From the IMG/VR virus record IMGVR_UViG_3300037634_002636, positions 1 through 64,000 of that record: a DNA stretch of 64,000 bases; one strand, 5' to 3'. The notes beneath the pieces are model-generated. The model did no database searches and had not been told where the DNA came from. It saw nothing but the letters and a program-made list of their open reading frames with translations. How positions within the stretch are numbered: the stretch's first letter is position 1; each line of letters starts with the position of its first letter. Shown here one piece after another: positions 10,401 through 18,696 of the stretch. A program made the position numbers and the translations under genes. The stretch is from a virus (Duplodnaviria; Caudoviricetes).

Positions 10401-12163
10401 CCTAAACCCGACTGAAAGCTGCCCATTTCCTCATATGGCGGTGCATTTTCTCCGCCATATCTATTATCTTGTATACCTGTTGCAACATCTCTAAAAACTA
10501 TTGTTTGGCCGGCACCTCCTCCTGATGTTACATGTAGATTAAAATAAGGATTATCAGTAAATAAACTAAGTTGTTCGTTTGTTTCACCTGCGGCAAACAT
10601 GGCTAATTCAGCCTGTAATTTATTATAACTTGGAGCAGCGGCTGGTGTTTTAGTGATTAGTATAGTAACATTCTTATTAGATGGTTGTAATGATGTATCA
10701 AGCCTCTGATAACAAGATTCTCTAATCATATGTTTTTGAAGGGCGCTTAATAATTCAACACCCCAAGGATTATTATAACTAGTACCGTCACCCGACCACC
10801 ACGGATCATCAAGAGTTATAAATTCACCATCCATAATACCTCCATACGCCCTGTCTTCAACCACGCCTCCTGTACCTGTCATGTGATGCATCATACCTGT
10901 ATTAGATTGAGCTAAATACCATCCTAATTCTCCAGTCTCATTTGTACAGAACGAAGTACTGTTAGATCCGTTCCACGAACTAAAGGTATATGCATTACCA
11001 CCAGAACTTGAGTATGCGCTCGATCCATAATAAGATACTGGCCATGCTGGGCCTATTATTTTTTTCCAAGCCTCACTACGCATATCCATATGAAGCTTAA
11101 ATTTATATTCATCAGATAAGACACTACCGTACGTTTGATTTGGGATTGTAGGAAATAATATAATAGCATAATAAGATAAATTCTCTGCCCTATTTTTTCC
11201 CTGTGCATCAAGATCAGGATCTGGCCATATAACATTTCCTACATCACATCCTCCACTCCCATTGTCTGGGCCATTTATTCCTATTGGAGTTGTATTTGTT
11301 GGATGTTCTTTATAAACATAACTACAATCAGTAGTAATATCTTGCATAGTCATTCCTATACCATAATAACTCTTATTATCGTTACCATCAGGTTGTATAG
11401 GAGATCCCCATAATAATGGACCCCCAGTATATTGCATCCATATAGTATCATTATAAGCACCTTTACCTTCAGCAACTACAGTAGAACCACCACCACAAGC
11501 ACCCGCATTACCCCAACCCCAAATTCCAGCAGCGAGATTACTTATACCATGTATATTTTGTGTTGAATGGGTGGAATACATCACAGGTGTTGATCCTGGG
11601 GGATTAAAAGAACTAGGCGAACATGTTGTTAAGTTTGACCCTCTTCTACATTCATAACAATGACAGCAGTGGGCCCCATTATACGAATATCCACCACAAC
11701 CTACTGGGTTAGTTGACGGACAATTGAACCCCAAATTATTTGCCAATCCTACTTCCCATCCAGATTCACAACCTATCATTGAAGTATAACCAAATTCTGG
11801 CTCACAACAAGATTGCTCTGCTAAAAAGGTAGTTGACCCATAAATAAAAGGTAAACATGAGCTAGAGGTATACGATATTTGTGAACTCCACCCAAGTGGA
11901 GATCCCAATACGCAAGACGACCCAAGAGAGCCAGATAATAAAGCGCCGGTACTTGCTTCCTCATATCCTCTAAATGAACTATGAGTACCCCATCTAAATC
12001 CTGCTGCCCATCCAGTATTCTGAACACCACAAGTCCATGTAGGTTTCTTCATATGTAAACTAAAATTATCTAGTTTAACTAATGCAAACCTTAAACCATC
12101 AAAGTCTGAGTGAAAACGATCCGTCGTTGTTTGCGACGGAGGTAGGGAAGGATTCCAAGCCAT
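4490..12163 (-). CDS. Giant Cys/Gly/Thr-rich virion adhesin-like protein with SprB-type repeats
   Basis: 2557 aa. Repeats such as SCAGGSNGAIDTTVTGGIGPYTYAW...LGVGTYTVLVTDS, GGTGPYTYDW...VQDANGC and GGTAPYEI match the Bacteroidota SprB repeat pattern. Possible PA14-like segment near the C-terminus. Confidence 0.75.
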   Translation of the reverse strand: MAWNPSLPPSQTTTDRFHSDFDGLRFALVKLDNFSLHMKKPTWTCGVQNTGWAAGFRWGTHSSFRGYEEASTGALLSGSLGSSCVLGSPLGWSSQISYTSSSCLPFIYGSTTFLAEQSCCEPEFGYTSMIGCESGWEVGLANNLGFNCPSTNPVGCGGYSYNGAHCCHCYECRRGSNLTTCSPSSFNPPGSTPVMYSTHSTQNIHGISNLAAGIWGWGNAGACGGGSTVVAEGKGAYNDTIWMQYTGGPLLWGSPIQPDGNDNKSYYGIGMTMQDITTDCSYVYKEHPTNTTPIGINGPDNGSGGCDVGNVIWPDPDLDAQGKNRAENLSYYAIILFPTIPNQTYGSVLSDEYKFKLHMDMRSEAWKKIIGPAWPVSYYGSSAYSSSGGNAYTFSSWNGSNSTSFCTNETGELGWYLAQSNTGMMHHMTGTGGVVEDRAYGGIMDGEFITLDDPWWSGDGTSYNNPWGVELLSALQKHMIRESCYQRLDTSLQPSNKNVTILITKTPAAAPSYNKLQAELAMFAAGETNEQLSLFTDNPYFNLHVTSGGGAGQTIVFRDVATGIQDNRYGGENAPPYEEMGSFQSGLGSDDQTTPIRSESQGMTISAELVKDWESYIFGSSGFSWSDVKVHTLRTVDWDSYMANTGGGGSTSSFPNLMSPTGVIQGNFYELDARVYLGLPDGAFENRMVKHLYGDATDDAGCVGDVHGKKPIMGYGGHGNVISSSNLSTISANGGWVDNQYAYHFIGLKAVFTPTTVAYFNFPNGDSHPEVLCSPTNLFQYNTSIPNTNCTYVDHSTGNYIWPDTTNSNWTFESAYGVGPQYTNHSVNSKNQWAICTGNGMVYNTTPDTSQQPILTAQVADCPVCDTGNGVVNVVLTNIDASGVEIDDISFSPAATTSPITPTGNLGTIYASTTWSFFIGVGTYTVTVVTVNHGTYTSSFTMPNCEQISFNLDSVVVGAAVTCTSPGGFRGKFDASNLTGTTISNCGGLQWTVWEWDVTNSTWIFHSAGHPFKSSVINFGIPGSGVPIFGANHINNPGATVNNKEFLMPGISGGTYRVTLTNRWYLVDANEVWADFDLVGCYDHVDIVMPSTVLNATVTHTSHPVCNSSDREENFTNCYNTTTNTGYITNCSGLTPSNMGEFDIDITGIAYGLFTIDHINPCGLTYTSSVAIYGGTATYGSSSGNTFQAGCNHPSGPISPGTHIINMTDAAGCTTSVSITINEPGPMIKNASTTQTHALCSGGNGSLSGLVVDTTMSCASMQYAVTLGSVGNSTWTNTDVWDLTPDIIQGWQSSSTFNLPAGTYRIWARNSCGCLFRDVQMTIEGGGTLASTIAVTNPGCSGGIASITVSASGGTGPYTYDWTTVTTGTSGVADPLFVAPATSSNSFTQAVPGGTYDYECLVQDANGCTQTLTASTIAGAPLTLTAVVSSISCAGGSNGAIDTTVTGGIGPYTYAWSGSSSATSADLTSLGVGTYTVLVTDSTPGTPCTTTGSWTIASTGGSEAWVDINQYAWSGYNTPYGDSITQSTANDNTYGMYGGPTCPGDSDGTIRLMLDDSTPVVGASFPFEVWLSNDGGATYYQATDNSGVNLSVLTTDLVTTGTGIVASTSAVYDPQTASGTVDYFEITGNSDKWNPGGGAVVLPFTENSTWHVKLIETGVSACSYEFSTTILPSDYRNVYNQLATTQPTCCGCSSYGASIGTNVCNGEIDNTPIRGTYEDHTNTNYTYLWTYATLASTCSVPGHNNTNTQWSNITTQDLTAEWPGIYTVVVTDSCGGTDTDTETLNDPIVYIDDITWVPPQCAGCCTGTLTITAHGGNGTLEVSLNNGISFTPITSPHTFTNMCGGINSIWVKDGSSCVVEYFADPNDVNILSSYDDNCFANANTSSIISTSGSWIPTYNNPNLGVATANAFTESSSTKIELIPVSDFSVANACIISHNIIPGDTNGEIRLTITGGTAPYEIGIVAQAGPFYTPSIPMNPCYGIGPLTTTSPCLYTGDPISNYGPSLDTATVMTYAPWGGGASNSVSSSTAITTSLLDIRFSNVSVSRDLGYGALGAEYIFYVRDAHGCYQTTHVGMDNGIFGVISIYGAMNCDCVCPIGYVYDEDSEECVTSVASPAQPNTTTGYWTLVKNLYTAQITPSKWQQNGCSLYGVWTGAAVDYTQSIVINTNDLPLLKDIITNANTGPNHIYRSTSGITQIGVDLGIWNTLATTSYINDRVKDIAIWLDQGSPITPPAIPVGEWIGCITEINFQFNTPAVIALCSDSKMRMKVDGIVWIDMAADENTLTTYTSNYQYFNLFPISLPGGLHTISFEVYSTTSDAMMAFEVYINQDAATNNYFIGDILGGSFSAANLQSWILQDANNEDLSSKSWDTKEIQLGTTYGYSCTEVTDAVSYSSGALFCIQDATAPCEVPLDCGYCLDSNGVPQPQWTKKGPCVNANDGGVPTPALLGNVWVTDYSELSDLVECPGALANTAYARIMGALATRALDIRQIWMTIIIRHLLHNLNACMTLSDIQDLFTGFLDDVCPTCDTDVDLTPAQMEALTSIFTLNTNSNFDF

Positions 12164-12176
12164 AGTTTAATTTAAT

Positions 12177-12722
12177 TTAACAGTCGCAATTACAATTTTT
12201 AGTGCCACACATCTCTTTAGCTTTCAAATACTCGTCTATAGATTTTTCATATAAAGTAGTAGTTTGAACGCATCCTGCTACATTTGTTTTAGCGCCATTA
12301 AGTAATAAAAATATCTTTGCTATATCTGCAAGTATAGATGCACATTCTTTACATTCTGTACACTTGCATTTTAATAAGTCTTTTGTTTTCGCAGCTAAAC
12401 AACAATTAATATCACACATACCTACTGCACCTATTTCAAATACTCCAGAATTAGTTGTTATTACAAATTTAAATATCCCATTAAAATGAGTATATGTGGT
12501 AGCAGCTGCTCCTGTATCATCTATGAAATTACTAAGAGATAGAACGAGATCTCCTGCAGCTGTTAAATTAAGAATTGGGTTAAAAGGGTTAGTTAGTTCT
12601 CTTGGTATAGATGTAATCGTTACATCATTCCAATATATATCAATTTCTGCATTTGAATAATTCGCACCTCCCGCAATCGTCATTGTTTTACAATCTGCTG
12701 CTATAGTTGCCGTTAAAGCCAT
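12177..12722 (-). CDS. Virion protein with Cys-rich C-terminus
   Basis: ORF track; CDINCC, CKCTECKEC and CGTKNCNCDC clusters. Confidence 0.65.
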   Translation of the reverse strand: MALTATIAADCKTMTIAGGANYSNAEIDIYWNDVTITSIPRELTNPFNPILNLTAAGDLVLSLSNFIDDTGAAATTYTHFNGIFKFVITTNSGVFEIGAVGMCDINCCLAAKTKDLLKCKCTECKECASILADIAKIFLLLNGAKTNVAGCVQTTTLYEKSIDEYLKAKEMCGTKNCNCDC

Positions 12723-12745
12723 AATTTTTAAGTTTTTAAATGTTA

Positions 12746-12753
12746 CAAAAATA
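12746..12753 (-). promoter_or_regulatory. Bacteroidota -7 box (TAnnTTTG)
   Basis: TATTTTTG on the minus strand upstream of 12722. Confidence 0.5.
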
Positions 12754-12754
12754 T

Positions 12755-12779
12755 AAAAACTAGGGGATTTTCACCCCTA
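12755..12779 (-). terminator. Rho-independent terminator
   Basis: Minus strand TAGGGG-TGAAAAT-CCCCTA followed by GTTTTT. Confidence 0.7.
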
Positions 12780-12799
12780 ATTCTCATATTAATTTAATA

Positions 12800-13822
12800 C
12801 TACTTTTGGTATAATACCATAGTATCTCCTGCTGTTGTAGTTGAAGTCGCTGGACCCCAGAAGTCATTCATAATACCTCCACCATCTGTATATCCTGATG
12901 GAACCCAAAGCTCAATAATTAAATCGTCTTTTGCGTTTGTAGCATCTTGTCTTACTCCACCGTCACATTCAATTGTGAAAATGTCATAAGTTTTAGATGC
13001 AGATGCAAATTGCTCAACTGAATCAGCGAAGTACATTCTATTGTGGTGAGCACCTCTGTGGTGTAAAGATTTCTTTTCAGCTTCTACCGCTTGAAATCCA
13101 TTACCTACACCTTCAGTAAATCCAAAGTTACCTACTAAAGTACCAGACGCATACGTCATAGTTGTAGTACTAGTATCAATAACTTTAAAAGCAGTACCAT
13201 TATCTTTAGCTGTAATTTGAATCTCACCAGCACCTGCATTAGCTGCAGTTACCCAAGCTCCAGAATCTGCATTAATTGCAGCTACTAAACCAGTAGCGAT
13301 TTCAGCTACAGTACCAGTAGCGTCAGATACAAACTCATAACTTCTAACTGCTCCAACTCTGTCGTCATATTCTCCTGTTGGGTTTAAAAATTCATTGTAA
13401 TCACTGTATCCAGATAACTTCACAATTTTAATACCCCAAGTAGCACTATTTAATGCTGAAGCGTTATTAATAGTTCTGTTTCCAGTAGTTGCTTTTGCAC
13501 TAGCTAAATACGTAGTATGAGTAACTCTTTTTACTCTACTTTTCTCAATTAAAGGAGAAGCATACGGATAACCGCTTGTAGTTTGTTGAGTAATTTGAAA
13601 TACATCTGGACAAATGGTGTAATCAAGTTGCCCACCAGCATTGTCTAAAAAGAATTCAGGAGAAATTCCGTCTAAGTGGTCTCCCGTTACAGTTGTAGTA
13701 CCAGGTTCAGTTACCCACATTCCTATATTTCCGACGGTACCTCCTGCAAACGCTGAGTTTATGTTCATTGCATAAGTAGTTGTTGCTGAGGCTGCGCCAT
13801 CTATAAATGTTAATTTTGCCAT
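12800..13822 (-). CDS. Virion structural protein (crAss-like auxiliary capsid/tail-associated protein)
   Basis: Conserved block downstream of the MCP; IATGLVAAINAD..WVTA..IQITAK segment typical of phage structural proteins. Confidence 0.55.
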   Translation of the reverse strand: MAKLTFIDGAASATTTYAMNINSAFAGGTVGNIGMWVTEPGTTTVTGDHLDGISPEFFLDNAGGQLDYTICPDVFQITQQTTSGYPYASPLIEKSRVKRVTHTTYLASAKATTGNRTINNASALNSATWGIKIVKLSGYSDYNEFLNPTGEYDDRVGAVRSYEFVSDATGTVAEIATGLVAAINADSGAWVTAANAGAGEIQITAKDNGTAFKVIDTSTTTMTYASGTLVGNFGFTEGVGNGFQAVEAEKKSLHHRGAHHNRMYFADSVEQFASASKTYDIFTIECDGGVRQDATNAKDDLIIELWVPSGYTDGGGIMNDFWGPATSTTTAGDTMVLYQK

Positions 13823-13856
13823 TTTATTATTTTTTTAATGGTTAATAATTATTTTA

Positions 13857-15017
13857 CTATTCAGATTTTAATATCTCTATATTACTACTTTGATATCGAG
13901 GATCTGATAGTTCCTCTAAAATTGTACTTACTGTCATATCCACAATTTCTTGATGTGTATGATCTGGTAGGTCGCAGTTTATACTATTGCCGTTATCTAC
14001 TGTTTCAGGTTTTCTTAAGTACGTAATTTTAATGTCTTGTACTATAAATGTGTCATCAGTATAGATTTCAACGTAATTTTCCTTCATTGTAAATAAAGGA
14101 GATTTATATTTTGTTTTATTAAAAGGGTCTTGTAATAGCTTATATATATCATCATGTTGAGCAAACTCATTAATTCCTACTGTCTGAGTAAAATCTTGAT
14201 CATCACAAGGAGTTCTTTTTGCAGCCCAATATGCATTTGAATCAAAAACTAAAGAGCTAGGAGTTGCATTACCACCTGCATCATCTGTCTCACTAGCATC
14301 CATTGCAGTTGAGCCTGTTCCATTATTCCATAGTATTCCTAAAAAATTGACCTGCAGATTAAATCCTATTGGAAAAGTAACAACAACTTTATTAATACCA
14401 GTGTTAAGGTTCATAATAGACATTCCTGGCACCAACCAATTGCCCGAATATAAAAGAAATGATTTAAGGGCTGATGCTGTATCATATATTCCTGCGTATG
14501 GAGTTGTTATAGGAGTTAGCGGCGGTGATCCTGTACTATTTGCTGGTTCATAACCAATAAATGCTCCAAAATGTGAAGTAAAACTATTTGGTAGAGTATG
14601 ATGAAGTATATCAACATCTAGTATAAACTCTATTGGTCTCATTTGAGCTGTTGCCTCAGCCCAACAGAGTTTTTTACATTTATCTTGCCTTACTAATGAT
14701 TTCATATTAATTAAATATAAATAATCAATTGGTAAAAATGATGCATCTATCCATGTATTATCAAACACATGCCCTTTATATATAGTAGGCATACTTTGTT
14801 CTACAATTAAAGATCTTAAATCATCAATACGTTTTTGAGACATCTCAAAACCTTTTTGATATCTATTACCTCTAGGATTAAATCTAGTATTAATAAATCT
14901 TAAAATATTTTTATTTAATTCTAGATCTATTTCTTCTGGAAGAAGAATATCAGAGTGCATGGAGTTGATCTTGTCAACCCCATGCTGTACTGATATATGC
15001 ATTTCTGATATATTCAC
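13857..15017 (-). CDS. Tail tubular/ring (head-tail connector) protein
   Basis: N-terminal EEIDLELNK..GFEMSQKRIDDLRSL and C-terminal ITYLRKP..CDLPDHTHQEIVDMTV resemble crAss-like ring proteins. Confidence 0.7.
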   Translation of the reverse strand: MNISEMHISVQHGVDKINSMHSDILLPEEIDLELNKNILRFINTRFNPRGNRYQKGFEMSQKRIDDLRSLIVEQSMPTIYKGHVFDNTWIDASFLPIDYLYLINMKSLVRQDKCKKLCWAEATAQMRPIEFILDVDILHHTLPNSFTSHFGAFIGYEPANSTGSPPLTPITTPYAGIYDTASALKSFLLYSGNWLVPGMSIMNLNTGINKVVVTFPIGFNLQVNFLGILWNNGTGSTAMDASETDDAGGNATPSSLVFDSNAYWAAKRTPCDDQDFTQTVGINEFAQHDDIYKLLQDPFNKTKYKSPLFTMKENYVEIYTDDTFIVQDIKITYLRKPETVDNGNSINCDLPDHTHQEIVDMTVSTILEELSDPRYQSSNIEILKSE

Positions 15018-15829
15018 TATATATATGCTTCTTTTAATTTAGCCCTCAAAGTTGTTAATTTCCCTGAGTTCTTTTTATCACTAAGATGGATAACTGTATC
15101 TCGTAATGTATCTCCAAGAATATCATCTTGATAAATAATTTGATTTCCTATCTTTCTTAAAATTTCCGCACTTATCATTTCTTCAATTTCCGATTTCATT
15201 TTTAAATGCTTATCTTGAGAGATCCTAATGAATCTACTAGGTTTATCGCTTTTTAAAGAATAAAGTCTATTCTCAATTTCTAAATCAGTTAACCTATCAG
15301 GATTATCATTTGCTAGTAAACGATAAACTCTTCTCATATCTGATTTATTATCTGATAATTTTATAAACTCTTTATCAGCATCTTTTAAAAGTTGAATTTT
15401 ATTATTCGCTTGTCTTAAATCTCTTTGAGTATCTTGAATAAAAAATCTCTTTTTAATATCACCAATCATTTCTTCTTTATTTAAACCTACATGAGGATGT
15501 TTTAATATCCATTTGTATCTTAACCAGTCTTCAATATCTTCAGGCTCTCCATCTGTTGAGGTAGAAATATTTAATTCTACTCCTCCAAATGGTACCATAA
15601 TAGACATGTTTGTCCAATATAATTTTTCATGTTTAGGCCAATCTACATGTTCCGGACCTACATCTAAAATACCATTTAAGTATTTCTTTGATTCTTCAGC
15701 AGTTACTCCTTTTAAAGGTTGTCTATTCATATAGACACTACTGATATACATTCTTGATTCTGCTCTAACTGACTTAGGTAAAAACCCTGTAGGTTCTTTA
15801 CGCAGAATTACTATTTTTCTTTTTCCCAT
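15017..15829 (-). CDS. Conserved crAss-like protein downstream of the MCP
   Basis: ORF track; syntenic position MCP-X-ring protein. Confidence 0.65.
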   Translation of the reverse strand: MGKRKIVILRKEPTGFLPKSVRAESRMYISSVYMNRQPLKGVTAEESKKYLNGILDVGPEHVDWPKHEKLYWTNMSIMVPFGGVELNISTSTDGEPEDIEDWLRYKWILKHPHVGLNKEEMIGDIKKRFFIQDTQRDLRQANNKIQLLKDADKEFIKLSDNKSDMRRVYRLLANDNPDRLTDLEIENRLYSLKSDKPSRFIRISQDKHLKMKSEIEEMISAEILRKIGNQIIYQDDILGDTLRDTVIHLSDKKNSGKLTTLRAKLKEAYI

Positions 15830-15913
15830 TTTTATGTTCTTTTAAAATTATTAATTAAGTTAAATTTCCTTTCAGGCTTATAAGAATACTAGGCCTTACT
15901 TTCTTTATATAAA

Positions 15914-15949
15914 TAGGATAGTGGGGGTTTTTACACCCCCTCAATCCTA
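15914..15949 (-). terminator. Terminator/attenuator-like hairpin after the MCP gene
   Basis: Minus strand TAGGAT.GAGGGGG-loop-CCCCC.ACT.ATCCTA followed by a weak U-tract (TTTATAT). Confidence 0.6.
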
Positions 15950-16009
15950 CAAAAAACTAGATATATAGACTACGAAAACGTTAGTTAACGCCGTTCATCT
16001 AAACGTATA

Positions 16010-17446
16010 CTATGCTTTAACACATTCTAAATCAATAGAAGTATCAAATCTTTTAAGAACGATACCTGCTGTTTTTAACATATGTACACTTGCACCATCA
16101 ATGTCAGAAGCTCGTAGATCACTTGATCCGAAGCCTGTTGGAACAACAGAACCCGCAACTGCCCATCTTAAGTACTCACGTCCTTTCTTGTTAATCATTT
16201 GAATATTCGCTTGACCATCATAATTAGATGTGTCAACAAATACCATTCTATATGATTCTAAAGAGTAGCCAGTCACAGGATGCTTAGATCTTGCTTGAGC
16301 TACAGGACCATGATCAAACATTGGATGTTTAACCACATTTACTGTATGTCCATCAATATGGTCATAACTTGTAAAGTAACCAGTCATTCCTAAAGAACGT
16401 CCTGATCCAGTAATAAATTTACTATCTGCATTTACTGTCCAAGGTGTACCAGCACCAGTAGGGAAACCGCCTTGGTAGTTCTTTAACGCATTGTCAAATT
16501 CTCTTGCTCCACCAATACCAGTAAACAATGTAATGCTTTTATTACTTGCATCAGTCATACCGTAAAATAAATCTCCGATAAGATTTGTTAATTTAGTTTC
16601 AGTTAAAGTAGAGTAAGTGTCCTTATTGATAATTTGTTGTAATAATCCAGGACCTGTGATTACTGGTTGCCCATTCTCATCAGTCATGTTTACTATACCA
16701 TCATTACCATAAGTTTTTTCTCCGTACCAATAAAGTAATTCACATTCTTCTTTAAAAGATAACATGTGTAAGTACTCTTCATAATCCATCCACATTTTGG
16801 TAGTTTTTCCACCTTTAGTAGGTAAAGCAAATTCAGCAACATAGTTCTTAGCATTTCCTGCGAAGTGATAAGATTTTCTAACAGTACCAATTTTGTTTCT
16901 TACCATACCTGGTGTACTCCAATTAGAAGCATTACCTCTAGAGAAGTCAACCCCAACGTTAGCATATAATTGACCCCAAATTGCACCTAAAGCGTGATCA
17001 CCCGCAGGTAATGAAGCCGTTGAATCTGGATCTACTAATTGCAGCGTGTAGACATAGTTACTTCCAGCTGCCTTAGGCTCAGCCATAATTCTTGCTTGTA
17101 CACCTGATTGTGAAATCAATGTATAAGGGAATATGAACCATTTATCTGGAAATGTTAAAGTAAATGTTGCTCCACCTAAACCTAGGTTAGAACCAGCATT
17201 TGCAGCAGCGAGAGGACGAGTGTTGATAGTATGAGATTTAACTCGGTATTCATATTCCCATCTATCAATGGACTTAGAATTACCAACCCCTTCTGTTAAC
17301 ATAGTTAACGGAAATTTTCTATCGTCTTTCCCTGCAAGATGTGTGATGATTGGAGAAAGCTCTGCTGGCTTTTCCAATAACGCATTAACTAATGAATTAG
17401 TATCAGTCATCTGCGCATCATTGTAATAAGTTTTTAATACTTGCAT
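16010..17446 (-). CDS. Major capsid protein (crAss-like, HK97 fold)
   Basis: 478 aa. Order portal-cargo-scaffold-MCP. Motifs MTDTNSL, GPGLLQQI, LFTGIGGAREFDNA and VVKHPMFD are typical of crAss-like MCPs. Confidence 0.85.
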   Translation of the reverse strand: MQVLKTYYNDAQMTDTNSLVNALLEKPAELSPIITHLAGKDDRKFPLTMLTEGVGNSKSIDRWEYEYRVKSHTINTRPLAAANAGSNLGLGGATFTLTFPDKWFIFPYTLISQSGVQARIMAEPKAAGSNYVYTLQLVDPDSTASLPAGDHALGAIWGQLYANVGVDFSRGNASNWSTPGMVRNKIGTVRKSYHFAGNAKNYVAEFALPTKGGKTTKMWMDYEEYLHMLSFKEECELLYWYGEKTYGNDGIVNMTDENGQPVITGPGLLQQIINKDTYSTLTETKLTNLIGDLFYGMTDASNKSITLFTGIGGAREFDNALKNYQGGFPTGAGTPWTVNADSKFITGSGRSLGMTGYFTSYDHIDGHTVNVVKHPMFDHGPVAQARSKHPVTGYSLESYRMVFVDTSNYDGQANIQMINKKGREYLRWAVAGSVVPTGFGSSDLRASDIDGASVHMLKTAGIVLKRFDTSIDLECVKA

Positions 17447-17494
17447 TTTTATTTTAAATTTAAAGGGTTATGATAACCAAGCTCCTTTCGCGCT

Positions 17495-18607
17495 TTATAG
17501 GTTACCCAGGTTTAAATCTAGTGCTTCAATATCAAATCCTCCTTTCCTTTTAGGGCGAGGAGTACCTTTCACTGAACTACTTGATTTAATCTTTTTTCGC
17601 AAACTCTTAGCGTTAGACGTCTTTGCTTTAGCTGCGATAATATCTTTCAAATTAAATCCTTTGAACATTAAATAATCTATAGCTAGTTTAACATCTTGAG
17701 AGGACTCTTTATGAGATTTCTCCCTCTCAGTTATACCATTACTATCAGGTTTACTTAAATAATCAAAGAATTTGTTTTTATCTTTTTCTTGAACTGTAAT
17801 ACCAGCAAAATCTTTAGAAGTTTGAATAGTCTCATTAATTTCATCCCAAAACTCTCTTTGTTTTTGTTGGTTAGCTATTTGTTCACGTTTCTGTTGTTCT
17901 AATCTCGTATCTCTTTCTTTACTATAATACTGATTAAGGGCTGTCTTTGCTTTTACCGCTTTATTATATAACTTATCAGATTCTATATAATCATCTAATA
18001 ATTCATTTATAAATTCCGCATCATGTCCTTTAAGTTTAAAGTATTCTCCAAGAACAGCTTTTTGTGTTCTTAGATCATTCTCATTAACTTGTATATTTTC
18101 AAAGTCAGTTATTTGAATACTTGACTTCATCCAATCTTCAGATTTACCTCCATTTAAAACATAATCTAAATGTTTTTGAATCTCTGGATAAGCTTGAAAT
18201 AATCCATCAAGTTGATCTTCCGCCATTTTAGTTCCAACAGCTTTAGCTAACTTTACCAACCCGTCAGTATCATCTTCAAACTCTTCATCAGGAAATTCAT
18301 ATCCTAATTGAGAAAGAACTTCATTTACTACAGTGTCATCAATCTCTTCCTCTTCTTCCTCCTCTTCAATTCTAGGCTGAGTTTTGATTTTCTTTTTACT
18401 TACTACTTCTTTTTCCTCTTCAACTTTATCATCTACATCAGTATCGAGTTCTTTGGAAGCATCTTTAATATCTTCCTCTGTAGCTTCTTTTTTTGTTTCT
18501 ACGACTGCTTCGTTACTTGCTTCTTCTTTTAATTCAGCCGTGAGACCATCACCTATGAAATCATCAAATGTGATATCTTCTAATTTTAACTTGTTTTCGT
18601 CTGCCAT
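17495..18607 (-). CDS. Capsid scaffold-like protein
   Basis: Very acidic N-terminus and coiled coil; directly upstream of the MCP. Confidence 0.65.
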   Translation of the reverse strand: MADENKLKLEDITFDDFIGDGLTAELKEEASNEAVVETKKEATEEDIKDASKELDTDVDDKVEEEKEVVSKKKIKTQPRIEEEEEEEEIDDTVVNEVLSQLGYEFPDEEFEDDTDGLVKLAKAVGTKMAEDQLDGLFQAYPEIQKHLDYVLNGGKSEDWMKSSIQITDFENIQVNENDLRTQKAVLGEYFKLKGHDAEFINELLDDYIESDKLYNKAVKAKTALNQYYSKERDTRLEQQKREQIANQQKQREFWDEINETIQTSKDFAGITVQEKDKNKFFDYLSKPDSNGITEREKSHKESSQDVKLAIDYLMFKGFNLKDIIAAKAKTSNAKSLRKKIKSSSSVKGTPRPKRKGGFDIEALDLNLGNL

Positions 18608-18624
18608 ATCTATTTATTTTTATG

Positions 18625-18632
18625 CAAATTTA
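18625..18632 (-). promoter_or_regulatory. Bacteroidota -7 box (TAnnTTTG)
   Basis: TAAATTTG on the minus strand upstream of scaffold/MCP. Confidence 0.65.
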
Positions 18633-18696
18633 TGATTAATATTCTATTTATTTGTGTTTTTTATTTTTTTTACTTTACCTTTTATTATATACCACT

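Noticed and set aside
1-12163. Diversity-generating retroelement acting on fibre genes
   Set aside because: No reverse transcriptase and no adenine-specific TR/VR pair seen in the window
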